A stretch of 64,000 bases of DNA, from NCBI RefSeq assembly GCF_009914755.1, contig NC_060933.1; one strand, written 5' to 3'. Shown here piece after piece: positions 24,327 through 37,140 of the stretch. The stretch comes from the human T2T-CHM13v2.0 reference genome, Homo sapiens. The position numbers and the translations under genes are program-made. How positions within the stretch are numbered: the stretch's first letter is position 1; each line of letters opens with the position of its first letter. Below the pieces are notes generated by a model, which did no database searches, was not told the origin of the DNA, and was given only the letters and a program-made list of their open reading frames with translations.

Positions 24327-25245
24327 GAAGGGCAGAAGAAAAATTGGGGGAGTATGACATCTCAGACGCCAAAACTAAGTATGTGAAGAAGAGGGTGTCG
24401 GAGAGGGTGTCGGAGAGTCTGAATTACTACTTAGGGTCCAAGAACTGTTGTCAGTTACTGTTGCTGCTTGTCTTCAACAGGTAATACCAGCAGCCAGCAC
24501 ACTTATTATGAAGAGATATGAGCTTGTTGAAAAAAATCTTGATAAACACTTGATAATAAAACTATCCATGTCAGGGTTTCAAAGGAAGAAAAAGTTGATC
24601 TTCAAGGCAGGAGAATTTGGAGGCCTTGGGGGTAATTCTGGAAGGGAAGGGTGAGGAAGGGAGATGGAAGGAAATGAAAACCAGGGAGAGAGCAGAGACC
24701 CCCAGATCTCTGTGACGTGTGCCACTTTTATGGAACCTCACAAAGTAACTCTGGAAAACATAATTAACGTGTGCTTGATTCAAGTGGTGGTTATTATTTT
24801 TTCATTATGAATGAGGGTCTGACTTGCATGCTGGAGAAGGTGTGGTGAGGGACAGACAGCAGGTGAGAAAACGAAACTGGGGCTACAGAGGAGGCCTGGA
24901 GATCAGGGTGGGCAGAGTCAGGCAGGGGTGGGGCTGGGCTGTTTAGGTTTAAGTCTAGATCCCCCACCCATCAGCCATGAAGCCACCCCAAGCCACAGTC
25001 ACTTTATCTGCAAAAATAAGGACATAAGGTTTCTACTTCATAGGACTGTTGTCTATATGTTCCCAGCATGCAGTAGCTCTTAACAGATATTTCACCAACT
25101 TTTACAAAGCCATTTGGAAGGGCTTTGGGCTTTTACAGGCCATTGAATTGGGAGAAGGGGTGTGTGGACTGTGACAATTTCCCTTATGGCTTGAGGGCAG
25201 GGGAGGTTCCTAAATGATGCCTGCATTATAGAAAAGAAGGATTGA

Positions 25246-26339
25246 CGAAACAAGTGTCTGCCGATTGTCACTGGACTTTCTATCCCAGACCATTTGGACT
25301 TCACAGAGCAGCTGCCATGAGTGTCTGGCCACATGGAGCTGCTTTCTGGGGAACAATAAGGTTCAGACCAGTATTTAGGGGACTGAGAAAGCACAGGCTT
25401 CATGAGTGTGATGAAATCTCACCAAAAGTGTCCAGAAATCGGCTAAGATAGGGCTCAAAACAGGAGATTCCTCTCCTTTTACTGTGTCTTGTATTAAGTA
25501 CAGGCTTTAATAATTTAATTTTTTGTAGAGGAAAATCTATAGATTATGTATAAGAGAAACATAATTGGGATTACAACCTTTAGTATTTATTTGGTTTTGA
25601 ACATTAAGAGACCCATAAGTTTATCAGCTATTTACAACCTTTATTTCATCACAATCTATGGCTTGCAAAAAACAAAAAAAAAAAAAAGAAAAAAAACTTT
25701 TGTAATTTTGTGTGTTTATTCACCTTCTCGCCTAGTATCTCATAAAGATTCCATGGTAGGTCTTGTCACCTTGGCGGTGCATAACAGGTTGTGTTTGAAC
25801 CTAGTAGGGGAGTAAACAGGCTTTATTACTTTGGTTTAATTTGAAGTGTTTTAATTGTGAAGTCAAAAACTTGGATCAACTAAAATGGAGAGCAAAAGAG
25901 AGAATGAAAAGAATTGATTTTGGACCTCAGACCTTGCTGTGGCTAAATCTTTACCCTCTAATGGCTGATGGGATAATGTTGGAAAGAAAGGTCCTGAATC
26001 CTTTGGCCACATTTTGCCCTGCTTCTCTCAGGGTTGAGAGTTCTGGAAGAACATTAAGAATGAGATTGCAATTGAAAATTGTCATTTTGAATCCTATTGA
26101 TTTTTCAAAAATTCAGGCTGATTTGTCTTTTATCGGAGGTAGGATTCTGTTTTATGGTATAAAATCTACTTTATCCTTCCTTTTAATAGTTCCTTTTGAC
26201 CTGTGAAATTTCTTCGCTACATTTAATACTTGTCCTATTTCCCCGTCCCCCATATCAATTTTCCTTTTGTCTCTGGGGCCGAGTAAATAAACATGTTCTG
26301 TCACACACACACACACCCAAAAAAACAAAAACAAAAACC
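25246..26339 (+). pseudogene. 5'-truncated processed retrocopy of an unidentified mRNA, apparently 3'-UTR only
   Basis: Perfect 16-bp TSD agaaaagaaggattga at 25230-25245 and 26340-26355; AATAAA at 26286-26291 followed by a decayed CA/A-rich tail (about 26302-26339); body is not a recognisable repeat and has no long ORF. Confidence 0.85.
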
Positions 26340-26355
26340 AGAAAAGAAGGATTGA

Positions 26356-26640
26356 GAATTGAGAATTGTCTGTGAGATTTAGCCACAGGGATGGTGCTAC
26401 TAATTCTGGAGAGAGCAGTCTAAGAAAGTGATATGGGCAGAGAAAAAAGGCCGTGTGTCCATTCAGAAGCGAGTGGATGGGTTTAATGACAGTTTTTAAG
26501 GACGTTTGGCTGGGAAAGGCAGGAGAGATAGGAAAAGAGAGACAGAGAATAGCTGAGGCAGGGAGGCTGGAAACGGGTGGGGTGGGGGGGATTGTTTTAT
26601 GATGAGAGAAATTTGAGCAAGTTTCAGTGTTGGTGAGATA
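26356..26640 (-). mobile_element. L2c-like fragment adjoining the retrocopy
   Basis: gagaattgtctgtgagatttagccacaggg...gacagtttttaaggacgtttggctgggaaaggcaggagagatagg. Confidence 0.5.
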
Positions 26641-29600
26641 GAACCTTATCTCAGAGGCTGCCCATTCATCCAGGGTAGTGTAATTATTGTCTCTTCAAAT
26701 AAAGGCAATACCTTCTTATCATCAAATTTGCCTTCCCTGTTCTTTACTCTATGTTCCTGTTGTCACTTAGATTTAAAGAATATAGTCAAGACATAAAAAG
26801 CGTAGCCTGTTGAGAAGTTTAAATTTAAATCTGTGCTTTAAAGAGGCATATTAAATTGCTGTGTTTATGAACTGAAACCTAATCTGTGCTATATAGTCCC
26901 TCATATTTTCTTCTTGAATGGAGAGAAACATCTCACTGGCATATCATCACTCTTCGATAGCTAGAGATGTCATCAAGAATGGAGATAATTACCCTTAACA
27001 GGAATAAATGAATTTTGAGTGCATAGGCTCCCACCCCTTAAGCAGAGCAAAAGAGGTTAACAAGGCAGGGTGACTCCTGGCTGGAGGAGCACACATAAGT
27101 CATTCTTAATTGGAGGTTTCACCTTTGTTCCCCATAGTAGCTGCCAAAGAACTTTCTACATGTAACTTGAGATAAATGAGCAAGTCAGGGAAATGTTTGC
27201 ATCTCTAAGATGAACTGCTGGGCTATTCCTTTGAAATCCTAAAAGGGATGGTGGTGATTAAAGATACATTTTTTACAACCTAGTGAAAAAGAGTTAAGAC
27301 ATCCTGAAGGAAGAGGCAAGACTCAAGGAAGCTGACACCTGTGGTTCTGGGAAGCTGTCTTTGCTTTGCTTATCTTATTAATGCTGGAGGGAGGCTGATT
27401 TGGAAGACACATCATAAGGAGAAGTGTAGAGTATGAATCAGAGCATCAGTTCTGTTCTGGAAAGAACAAAGAAAGGGAAGTCTGGAAAGTCATGTGAATA
27501 CACTCACTCTTACAGAACAATCTCTTCCTCTACTCGACGGAAGAGACCAAAGTCCATCCTTTTCTTGAGACTCTGGTCTCAGTAGCTGTATGTTGAGCGT
27601 GATCCTATGACACCATAGAAACAGCTCTCAGTGGAGAGTCCGGGGCTGAAGTTATAGGTCTAGCCTATTCACATTTCTGTCACTCATTTGTTGACTCTGG
27701 GCAAGCCTTGACTGCTCAGAACCTCCTTTTCCTCTGTGTCTAAAATGGTAAAAATCACATGACCACTGGGATTTTTGTACATTCTAGGGTTCTGAGCATC
27801 TAGAAAGAGGAACAAAGGAATGTGTTTATACATACAAAAGAAGACAGCTTCTTGTGTATTTTGCTTTGGGAATTATATGTGCCATTTGATTATATGAGAA
27901 AAGGAAGAATGGGTGTGAAACCCAGACATCATGGGTTGGCATACTTGGGTAATAATATTCTGATATAAAAATTCGGATAAACACTTATTATACACTTGTT
28001 TTCACCCCAAATATTTGGTTTTCAATTTCTTAATCTTCTGGAATGCTAGAAATTACTTTTGTCATTTTCATCATTCCTGGGATACAACTTTATGCTATTT
28101 GAAACGAAAATGGTTTCAGCCTCAAAATAACACAGTTCCTGCTAATCAACTCAAAATCTTCCAAGTCACACAGACTATCAGAAGCCAGAACCCAATTTTC
28201 TGGACAGGGATTGTATTTGCTCAGTCCGTGAGATTGAGATCAAACTTGGATATTACTATACAGGTCCCAGTCTTTGGAAAACACACAAAGAATGCCCTCA
28301 TGGCATGAGATGTTTTCTGAATAGCAAACTCTATCAACATTTTCTTAAGAAGCACATTTTGTTCTGTGAATAAATTAGGTAGGTCATAGGTATATTTCCA
28401 TAAACTTATTTTTATCTTTGAATTCCTCATGCTTAGCGTGGAGCAAGGTACATATTTAGCATTTAAAAATGTTTGTTGAATACATGAATGAATGCATACG
28501 TAGACGGCATTTAAAAGAGACAGTGAGATCTTTCATTAGAAATTTTCCTAATTAAAATTTAATTACTGCTATCAATTTTGATCTATTATGTACATAAAAG
28601 GATTGACAGTTAATGAATTTCTGAGTAGATTCTCCTGAATTCGTCTTGAGATACAGCCTTATTAACTTTGAAAGGCTTTTAATGGCATCTGGCTTGCTTA
28701 AAAAAATCGAGAAGTAAGAGAACCAGCCTGGCTGGTTATCCAGACTTCTATGGTTCCGTCAGGGAATAGCTTCCCAAGTGAGGTAGGATGTATCTGAGGG
28801 GCATCTCTCCATCAAAACCTTCTTGAGTCCATGATGATTCTATTTGAGTTGTGGGCACACTTAGATTTGAAGAGAGATCTGGAATAGAAAAGGGTTAATT
28901 AAAGAAAGGTATGATCGCTTTTGACACTAAAATAGGACCCTCACTGAGATGAGTAGGAATGTGCTAACTATTCATTTATTATTCTGGCCCAGGATTAAAA
29001 CTGTGAGTGGAAACAATCCTATCTCTCTCCTGTGGGCTGCAACTTGACAATATCTAATTTTGATCAACTATTTTCCTTTTTGGTTAAGATAATTTTTCCT
29101 CGAGGTGTTGCCTAGGGGAAACAAGATCCACCATTCAGGGCTAATGTCAAGGCTTCCTCTTATCATTATGTCTGCTCATGAATCTACTAATGTGTATACT
29201 ACAAAAGACTACAAAGCTGGACCAAATGCCCAAAAAGGCTCTTTACATCTTGCCAGTTGACATTTGTAGGCTGAAATATCATTCCATGTCTGTTTGATCC
29301 ACCTATTTATTAGAGGAGCAAGGTGCTATTTTTTTTTTCAAGCAAATAATTGCAGAACACCAGGGCTGAGCAACCAATCCAACATCTTTATTTTATGATG
29401 AGAAACTGAGGCCTGGAGAGGTGATGTTACTTGGCCAAGGACACTATGAGGGTAGAACTAGAATTCAGGTCTCCTTGAAGCTTTGGAACTTGGAAAAGTT
29501 CTATACATTTATTGGGGCTTCACTCAAGGTAGAAAATGGTATTTTGAAGAGCTCCCAATGTATGACTATTCCTACTCTAAGATGTTTTTCCTAATCAGTC

Positions 29601-29874
29601 ATAAGCTCATAGAGCTCAGGACACCTTCTTTCTTAGAATCTGACCCTAGGTCTTAAATGCAACAACTAATCTGTACATCACTAAAAGGATAGAAGAGAAT
29701 CTCCCCGTCCCCACCAGATTCTGAAGCATATAGACTTACACGTCTGCAAATAAACTTCAGAGCATCAAACTGGTTTGCATAGTATTTAATTCTCAACCAG
29801 CTGATCATCATCTTGGAGAGAGGTGACAAGCATTGACTGCAGATACTGGGCCCTCACATACTGGGTCTCAAACT

Positions 29875-30920
29875 CTAGGACTGCAGGACTATGGGCTATT
29901 AGTGTGAACACTGGTACTAGGACTGGACCACTGTGGGCTGTTAGCATGATCACCAGCACTAGGACTGGAGGACTGTGGGCTGTTAGCATGAACATCAACA
30001 CTAAGACTGGATGGCTGTGGCTATTAGCATGATCACTGGTACTAGGACTGGATGACTGTGGGCTGTTAACGTGATCACCTGCACTAGGACTGGATGACTG
30101 TGGGCTTTTAGTGTGAACACCCACACTAGGACTGGACAACTGTGGGCTTTTAGTGTGAACACCCACACTAGGACTGGACGACTGTGGGCTGTTAGTGTGA
30201 ACACCCACACTAGGACTGGCCGACTGTGGGCTGTTAGCGTGAACACCCACACTAGGTCTGGATGACTGTGGGCTGTTACACCAACACTAGGATTGGAAGA
30301 CTGTGGGCTGATAGTGTGAACACCAGCACTAAGACTGGACAACTGTGGGCTGTTAATGTGAACACCAGTACTAGGACTGGATGACTGTGGGCTGTTAGCG
30401 TGATCACCAGCACCAGGACTGGATGACTGTGGGCTGTTAGCATGATCACCGGCACTAGGAGTGGAGGGCTGTGGGCTGTTAGCATGATCACCGGCACTAG
30501 GACTGGAGGACTGTGGGCTGTTAGCATGATCACCGGCACTAGGACTGGAGGACTGTGGGCTGTTAGCATGATCACCGGCACTAGGACTGGAGGACTGTGG
30601 GCTGTTAGCATGATCACCGGCACTAGGACTGGAGGACTGTGGGCTGTTAGCATGATCACCGGCACTAGGACTGGGGGACTGTGGGCTGTTAGCATGATCA
30701 CCGGCACTAGGACTGGGGGACTGTGGGCTGTTAGCATGATCACCGGCACTAGGACTGGAGGACTGTGGGCTGTTAGCATGATCACCGGCACTAGGACTGG
30801 AGGACTGTGGGCTGTTAGCATGATCACCGGCACTAGGACTGGAGGACTGTGGGCTGTTAGCATGATCACCGGCACTAGGACTGGAGGACTGTGGGCTGTT
30901 AGTATGATCACCAGCACTAG
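29875..30920. repeat. 42-bp minisatellite (VNTR), about 25 copies
   Basis: Unit ttagcatgatcaccggcactaggactggaggactgtgggctg; 11 near-identical copies at about 30440-30900, more diverged copies to the left. Confidence 0.97.
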
Positions 30921-31928
30921 CCATGCCCAGTCTCAGCATTTCCTGTGGGGGCTGGCTTTTGCTTTCCAGCCATACTCTCCCAGCATGGTAGGGAGGCACA
31001 TATTAAAGCGGTGAAGCTACCCAGAGCCTTTGAAGCCATCTTGGGCCCCTTGTCAATTTTTTCATCTTTTTATACTTCAGTTTCTTCATCTGTATATAGG
31101 GATAATGTTTGTGTCTTAAGAGTAAGGATATGTCGAATGAGAAACAGGACTGTCAAAAATAGCCTTGAGTGATGATCTGAGATAGACTGGTGCAAGCTAG
31201 CTGAAACTGAGAGCCGTTGCCTTCACCCCAGCTGGATAAGGTAGCATCTCCAACCCCCAAGTCTCATGAGACTGGTGACTTCCTCCTCTCAGCAGTTGGG
31301 GCTACAGCATCCTACAGGCTGCTGAAGTCTTTAGGCACTGAGTAGCTGCCTTTTCCAGCAGTTGATGTCAATGTTCAGCCTTAGCAAACAATGCTTCTGG
31401 TGTTTACTCATACCCTTAGATTATTAGGTTGTTGTGAAGACTAAATGCACTGATACATAAAAACAACTAAGGATAGTGCTTGACGTTCTTAGCTCTCAAA
31501 TGAGCATAGTCACCCAATTTAAAGGACCCTAATGAGACAACAGACATAAAAGCCCTGTGTCAACAGAAAAGCCTATATATATGCCAACTCTAAAGCATGT
31601 ACATATATTAGCTATTAGGATTATTAGCTATATTTGCCTTTTGTTCCATAACGTCATCTTCATCCAACCTGAGGTATAAAAAGAAATAGGGGTCGTGTCA
31701 GTATTTATTGAAGAATGAAAAGAAATGAATTGTATATAGCAGTGACCAGTGAGGCAGGAAAACTTCCATTTTAACTATTTCTTCCTCCAAGTATTAACAT
31801 CTTTATTTATTTTTGATAGGATCTACAAGGATGGGAAGAAACTTGTGTGAGAGGCACTTGTCTTCCATGTCTTAAGGATGAGGGATGCCTTTTTATTCCC
31901 ATGCAGTAACTACCAAAAATCACATCCG

Positions 31929-32274
<346 letters not shown>

Positions 32275-33077
32275 CTAAAACCCCAGTTCTTTTTTCCTCA
32301 CATTTTCAGATGCGTAAGGACATCTTTATGTGCTCCAACACAATCATCTCAATATGTTATGAGAAGGATAAATTTCTGTTAAAAATGCCACCAGATTCCT
32401 ACTCCCTAGAATAAGAAATCATATGTCAATAAGTCTAGAACACGAATCTGATTAGCAACTTACATGCACAGGAGGGCTTTACCATGAATGTGACAGCAAG
32501 GAAAATATTCAACTGGCTGTAACTACTCCATAAATGACACCTCCAGAAACCTGAGAGGCAGCCTCCGTTCCCAATCACTCTCCCCCTTCACATAAAGGCT
32601 TTTCATTTCCACTTTCAGTATATCTTAAAGACATTCACTTCTATTACCTTCACTGCTGTCTTAGCCTAAGTGCCATCATCTCTCACATGAACTACTACAA
32701 GATCCTTCTGTCGTCTTTCTACTTTTGCCCCACTCCAATCAATTTTCTACAAAGAAGTTAGAGCGATCTTTTAAAATATAAATTGGATCATGTCTCTTCC
32801 CAGCTTCAGTAGCCTTTCATTGTACTTGGAGCAAAACCCAAACTTATCAACATGGCTATAACAGCCAGGATGAACTCACAGAATTCTCCCCCTTTGTGTG
32901 GGAAGATGCAGCTACACTGGATTTCCAGTTCTTTCTTTAGTTCCTGAGAAGTGTCAGCTGTTCCAGAACGTTTGCATAGGCCGATGTTTTTTCACAGTAC
33001 TGCTTCCCCCAACCCCTTTCACCCTCACTCCCTTTCACTCACCACTCCTCTCACCCTAGTGCTTTTTCTGACATGTG

Positions 33078-33463
33078 CACACACACACACCTCCATCTAA
33101 ATAGACACACACTTCCATCTGAATACACACCTGCATTTCCATCTAAATACGCACACACACCCCTCTGTCTAAATACACATACTTCCATCTTAATATATAC
33201 ACACTTCTATCTAAACATACATATACGCACATACTCTCTTCGAAATACACACACACCACTCCTATCTAAACACACACACACACACACACACACCAGTCTA
33301 AATACACGCTTCCATCTAAATACATGCACACACACACACACACCCCTATCTAAATATACATAGACACACATACATACTCCCATCTAAATACACACACACA
33401 CACACACACTTGCATCTAAATATACATACACACATACACACATACACACATATTCCCATCTAA
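33078..33463. repeat. Compound repeat: about 14 copies of a ccatctaaat core separated by variable (CA)n-like spacers
   Basis: Cores near 33091, 33113, 33137, 33163, 33184, 33205, 33236, 33260, 33294, 33310, 33344, 33378, 33410, 33454. Confidence 0.9.
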
Positions 33464-33560
33464 TGAGGTCCCTTCCTTTATTCTCGCTTAGAGCACTCTG
33501 GGCTTTTCACTCATTCGACTTATATCAGAATATATTAATACATCCATATTTGTTAGTATA

Positions 33561-33933
33561 TGTCTTAGTCTGTTTGGCTGCTATAACAAAACACCATAAA
33601 ATGGGTGGCTTATAAACAACAACAGTTGTTTGTTTATTGATTTTGGGAATCTGGGAATCCCAAGATCAAGGCCCTGGCAAATTCTATGTCTGGTGAAGGC
33701 CTATTTCCTGGTTCATAAATAGTGTTTTCTTGCTGTGTCCTCACATGTTAGAAGGAAGAAAGCCGCTCTCCGGGGTCTCTTTTACAGCTGTTTTATGGCT
33801 CAAATCTCATTCATGAGATCTCCATCCCTATGACCTAATCACTTCCCAAAGACGTCACCTCCTAATACTATCACCTTGGGGTTGAGGATTTTAACATGAA
33901 TTTTGGGAGGAAGTAAACGCTCATGATATAGCA
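33561..33933 (-). mobile_element. MLT1A-type MaLR solo LTR
   Basis: tgtcttagtctgtttggctgctataacaaaacaccat...ccaagatcaagg...tcacttcccaaagacgtcacctcctaatactatcaccttgg...atatagca. Confidence 0.85.
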
Positions 33934-35574
33934 TTGTATTTATTTAATAGTTTTCTTCTTAGTGGAGGGTAAGTCCCACGAGGACAGGGACCATGTCTCT
34001 TTTGCTCACTAATGATCACTTAGTATCTAGCACAGTACCTAGCACATAGTAGGCACTCAAGAAATTTTGATAAGTGAGTAAATACCTGCATTGCTACAAG
34101 TTGTAATAGTATGCTCTAAAAGCTAAGAAAACTCAAGTATTTTTCATTGAGCTGACAGCCTACTGTGTACGGAGGGAATCATATGGAACCCGTGCGAAAC
34201 CTTAGATGTGAGATCTGTCAGACCTTAAGCAAGTTGCTAAACTTCTCTGAACACATTTTTATCTTTGAGGAAAATAATCATAATACGTGTTCCTTTTGCC
34301 CACAGAAGGATTTTGAGGATCAAATGAGAGAATCATTATACTAGTGCTTTGGGAGCTTAAAATACTTATTCAAATGTACATTGTTGTTGTTATTAAATAA
34401 AAAAAATCATGTCCGAAAGCAGAGTGGGAAAAGAAGAGAAGGCAGTCAGAATAAGAAGGGACAAATGGCTGATAGCCAAGAGGTCATTAGTAAATGAACA
34501 CAGTGTCCTGAAGTTTGTTTTCTATCCTTTTAAACTCTAGTATTTGAGAAAAAAAACAATCAAAACAATCATAAAACATTGATAATACATATATTTTTGG
34601 GCTGCTTACATCTTTGGGAAGTTTCCTAGCAAATGAATCTCACTTGATTGAGAGCAGATGTTATCTATATTTTAAAATTTCTTAGATCTTCATGATTTTG
34701 AATATTGCTTCAACGTTCAGTACTTACTTTTGTCATACGTCATTTTCTATCTTCTCCAATTTTTCTTTCCTTTTGTAAATTGTATGCTAATTTCCAAACC
34801 TGTATAAATTCCTTTCTGATGTTAATGATTCCTTTTCTCAGGCCCATTTAATTCTGAAATTCTCAATTCATCAGGCAGTTTAAGCAAAACTTATAAAACA
34901 ACCATTATAATCTGTCTCATTGCACTTATGAAGAATGATTGTAGCTCGGAGGGTATTAATTAAGCCTTAGCTACAACGTTTATTAGTGACATCATTTGAC
35001 TCCTGATTTCACAGTGGATTTTATGTAATGACCACCATTCTTATTTCTGATCAAGTATGATGAAGAAACCTCATCTCTGGTTTCCAAGTGAAAAACAAGT
35101 CACAGTGAATATAACACTCTAATTAGCTGTCATTTTCATAATGGATCAAGGAAGTGTCTTCTTTCATTCAATCTGAATTTAAACTCTTTAAAGAAATTGT
35201 GTATTTGGCACATAGAGGTGCTCCGGTGTGCTTACAAATTCACCCATCCATTTATTCAATAAACTACTATTTTAGGTGCTAGGCATTTTATAAAAGACTC
35301 TGTGTTTTTACTTTCCAATGTGTTTCCTTCTTGACTTAGATTTTAGTTATGTAAAACTCATAAAACTCAGGCTTGGTATGAAGATTTTTGATAATTTAGA
35401 GGCTTACTAGGCCATTAAAAATGCTTGATGGCTGATATCCAATGCTAGTTTTGCAAAACCTGGGTTATCACTAGTCACACAGACACACACATGCACACAT
35501 CTCTTAACCACTCATTTAAATTCATTTTTATTTTCTAAAAATAAGGATGCCACAAAGCACCTTGTTGATAAGCT

Positions 35575-36050
35575 GTGTCAGTCAGGATACTGGTTTGACT
35601 GCTTTGACAGAAAGCATGATAACACTGGCTTAAACCAGATAGGAGTTTATTTCTTTCAGATGTAAAAGTCCAGGTTGGCAGGGAGTTCAGAGGAAGGTAG
35701 CTTTGGTTGACAAGGTTATGCAGGCACCCAGGGTTCTTTCTGTTTTGTGACTCTGGCATCTCCTAGAGTGTTGCCTTTATCAGTGTGGGCAGTGCTGTCT
35801 CACTACCACCTACCTGTGGCCCAGCCAGAAGGAAGGGGAAAGAGAAAGAGAAAGTGGAGGACACAACTTCCTTTCAAGAACGTAACCTAGAAGATGCACA
35901 GGTTACCTCTTTGCACAGCCCACGGTATAGAACTATGTGATTTGACTACACTAAGCCACATGAGGGGCTGGGAAAGTTAGTCTTTAGCTGAGTAGCACAT
36001 GTCCAAAAAAACTCAGGAAGAAGAGTAGAATGGATACTGGGGGTAAACTC
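35575..36050 (-). mobile_element. Old MaLR LTR (MLT1J-like)
   Basis: tgtgtcagtcaggatactgg...aaaagtccagg...agaactatgtga...gaggggctgggaaagttagtctttagctgagtagcacatgtcc. Confidence 0.6.
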
Positions 36051-36834
36051 CTGACCCTTAGGAGATATCCCAACCCCCTCCCCTGCCCCGCATATACTCT
36101 GAATTTTCTAAGGTTTTGATTATGTTCTGTAAAAAATAAACATATATGAAAAGAGACATAGAGTTTTAGAATGCCCATGGATCCAACATCCAGAATCTAA
36201 GATTTTATTCTACTTCTTGATAGAGTCTCAAGGGATGACAATTCAAACTATCCAACTCTTCGTTTTAGTCTTAAAAACTAGTAGTGTAAATTTTTTTTCC
36301 CTCATTAGACAGAGAGAAGCCTATTGGGAGAGAATGGGCTAAGCAGAAGCAGTCTATTAGTGACAAAATTATACAGTTTTACTCATTGTAAGGTAACCTC
36401 CCAATCGTAGCATATCTGGAGTTGGGTCTGAATTTAACCATCTCACTACCTTAACTATCCTTGCAGTCATTCATTATTTCTCTCTGAAATCAACCCTGTC
36501 TTCTGGGGACTCTTTAAAGTGTTCATTTATTCATTCACTCAGTCAATATTTATTGAATAGCTGCTATGAGAAAGGCACTGTGATGGCTGTTAGAGGCATG
36601 AGGTTAAAAGAGTGGAAAAGTGTACAATCCTTGCCCTTAAGGTATTTATGACCAAGGAGAAGACGAGGTGAGGGATTTACACATGTAATTAATTGTGTAG
36701 TGTGTGATGGATGTTGAAGCTATGGGGTGGGTGGCAATTCAGAAGCAGACTCAATCTTACCTGGTGAGGAGATCTGCTTTGGGTGGGAAATGGCTGGTTA
36801 GGATGTGCAGGGGTTTTAAAAAGGTAATAGCATT

Positions 36835-37140
36835 GGCCGGGTGTGGTGGCTCACACCTGTAATCCCAGCACTTTGGGAGGCCGAGGCGGGCAGATCACCT
36901 GTCAGGCGTTCAAGACCAGCCTGACAAACATGGAGAAACCGTCTCTACTAAAAATACAAAATTAGCTGGGCGTGGTGGCACATGCCTCTAATCTCAGCTA
37001 CTCACAAGGCTGAGGCAGGAGAATCACTTGAACCCGGGAGGCAGAGGTTGCGTTAAGCCAAGATTGTACCATTGCACTCCAGTCTGGGCAACAAGAGAAA
37101 AACTCCCTCTCAAAAAAAAAAAAAAAAAAAAAAAAAAAAA
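36835..37140 (+). mobile_element. AluSp-like
   Basis: cctgacaaacatggagaaac, gttgcg, ggcaacaagag diagnostics; about 29-nt A tail. Confidence 0.9.

Larger units (their letters stand above)
32630..34085 (+). mobile_element. L2a 3' region, interrupted by a compound minisatellite and an MLT1A
   Basis: catcatctctcacatgaactactac...gagcgatcttttaaaatataaattggatcatgtc...gtatctagcacagtacctagcacatagtaggcactcaagaaat. Confidence 0.7.

Noticed and set aside
25242-25451. 69-aa ORF at the 5' end of the unidentified retrocopy as a parent CDS remnant
   Set aside because: Starts in the TSD and resembles no protein I recognise; needs BLASTX to exclude fully
33078-33463. CRISPR-like repeat-spacer pattern
   Set aside because: Eukaryotic context, 10-bp degenerate core, low-complexity CA spacers, no cas genes
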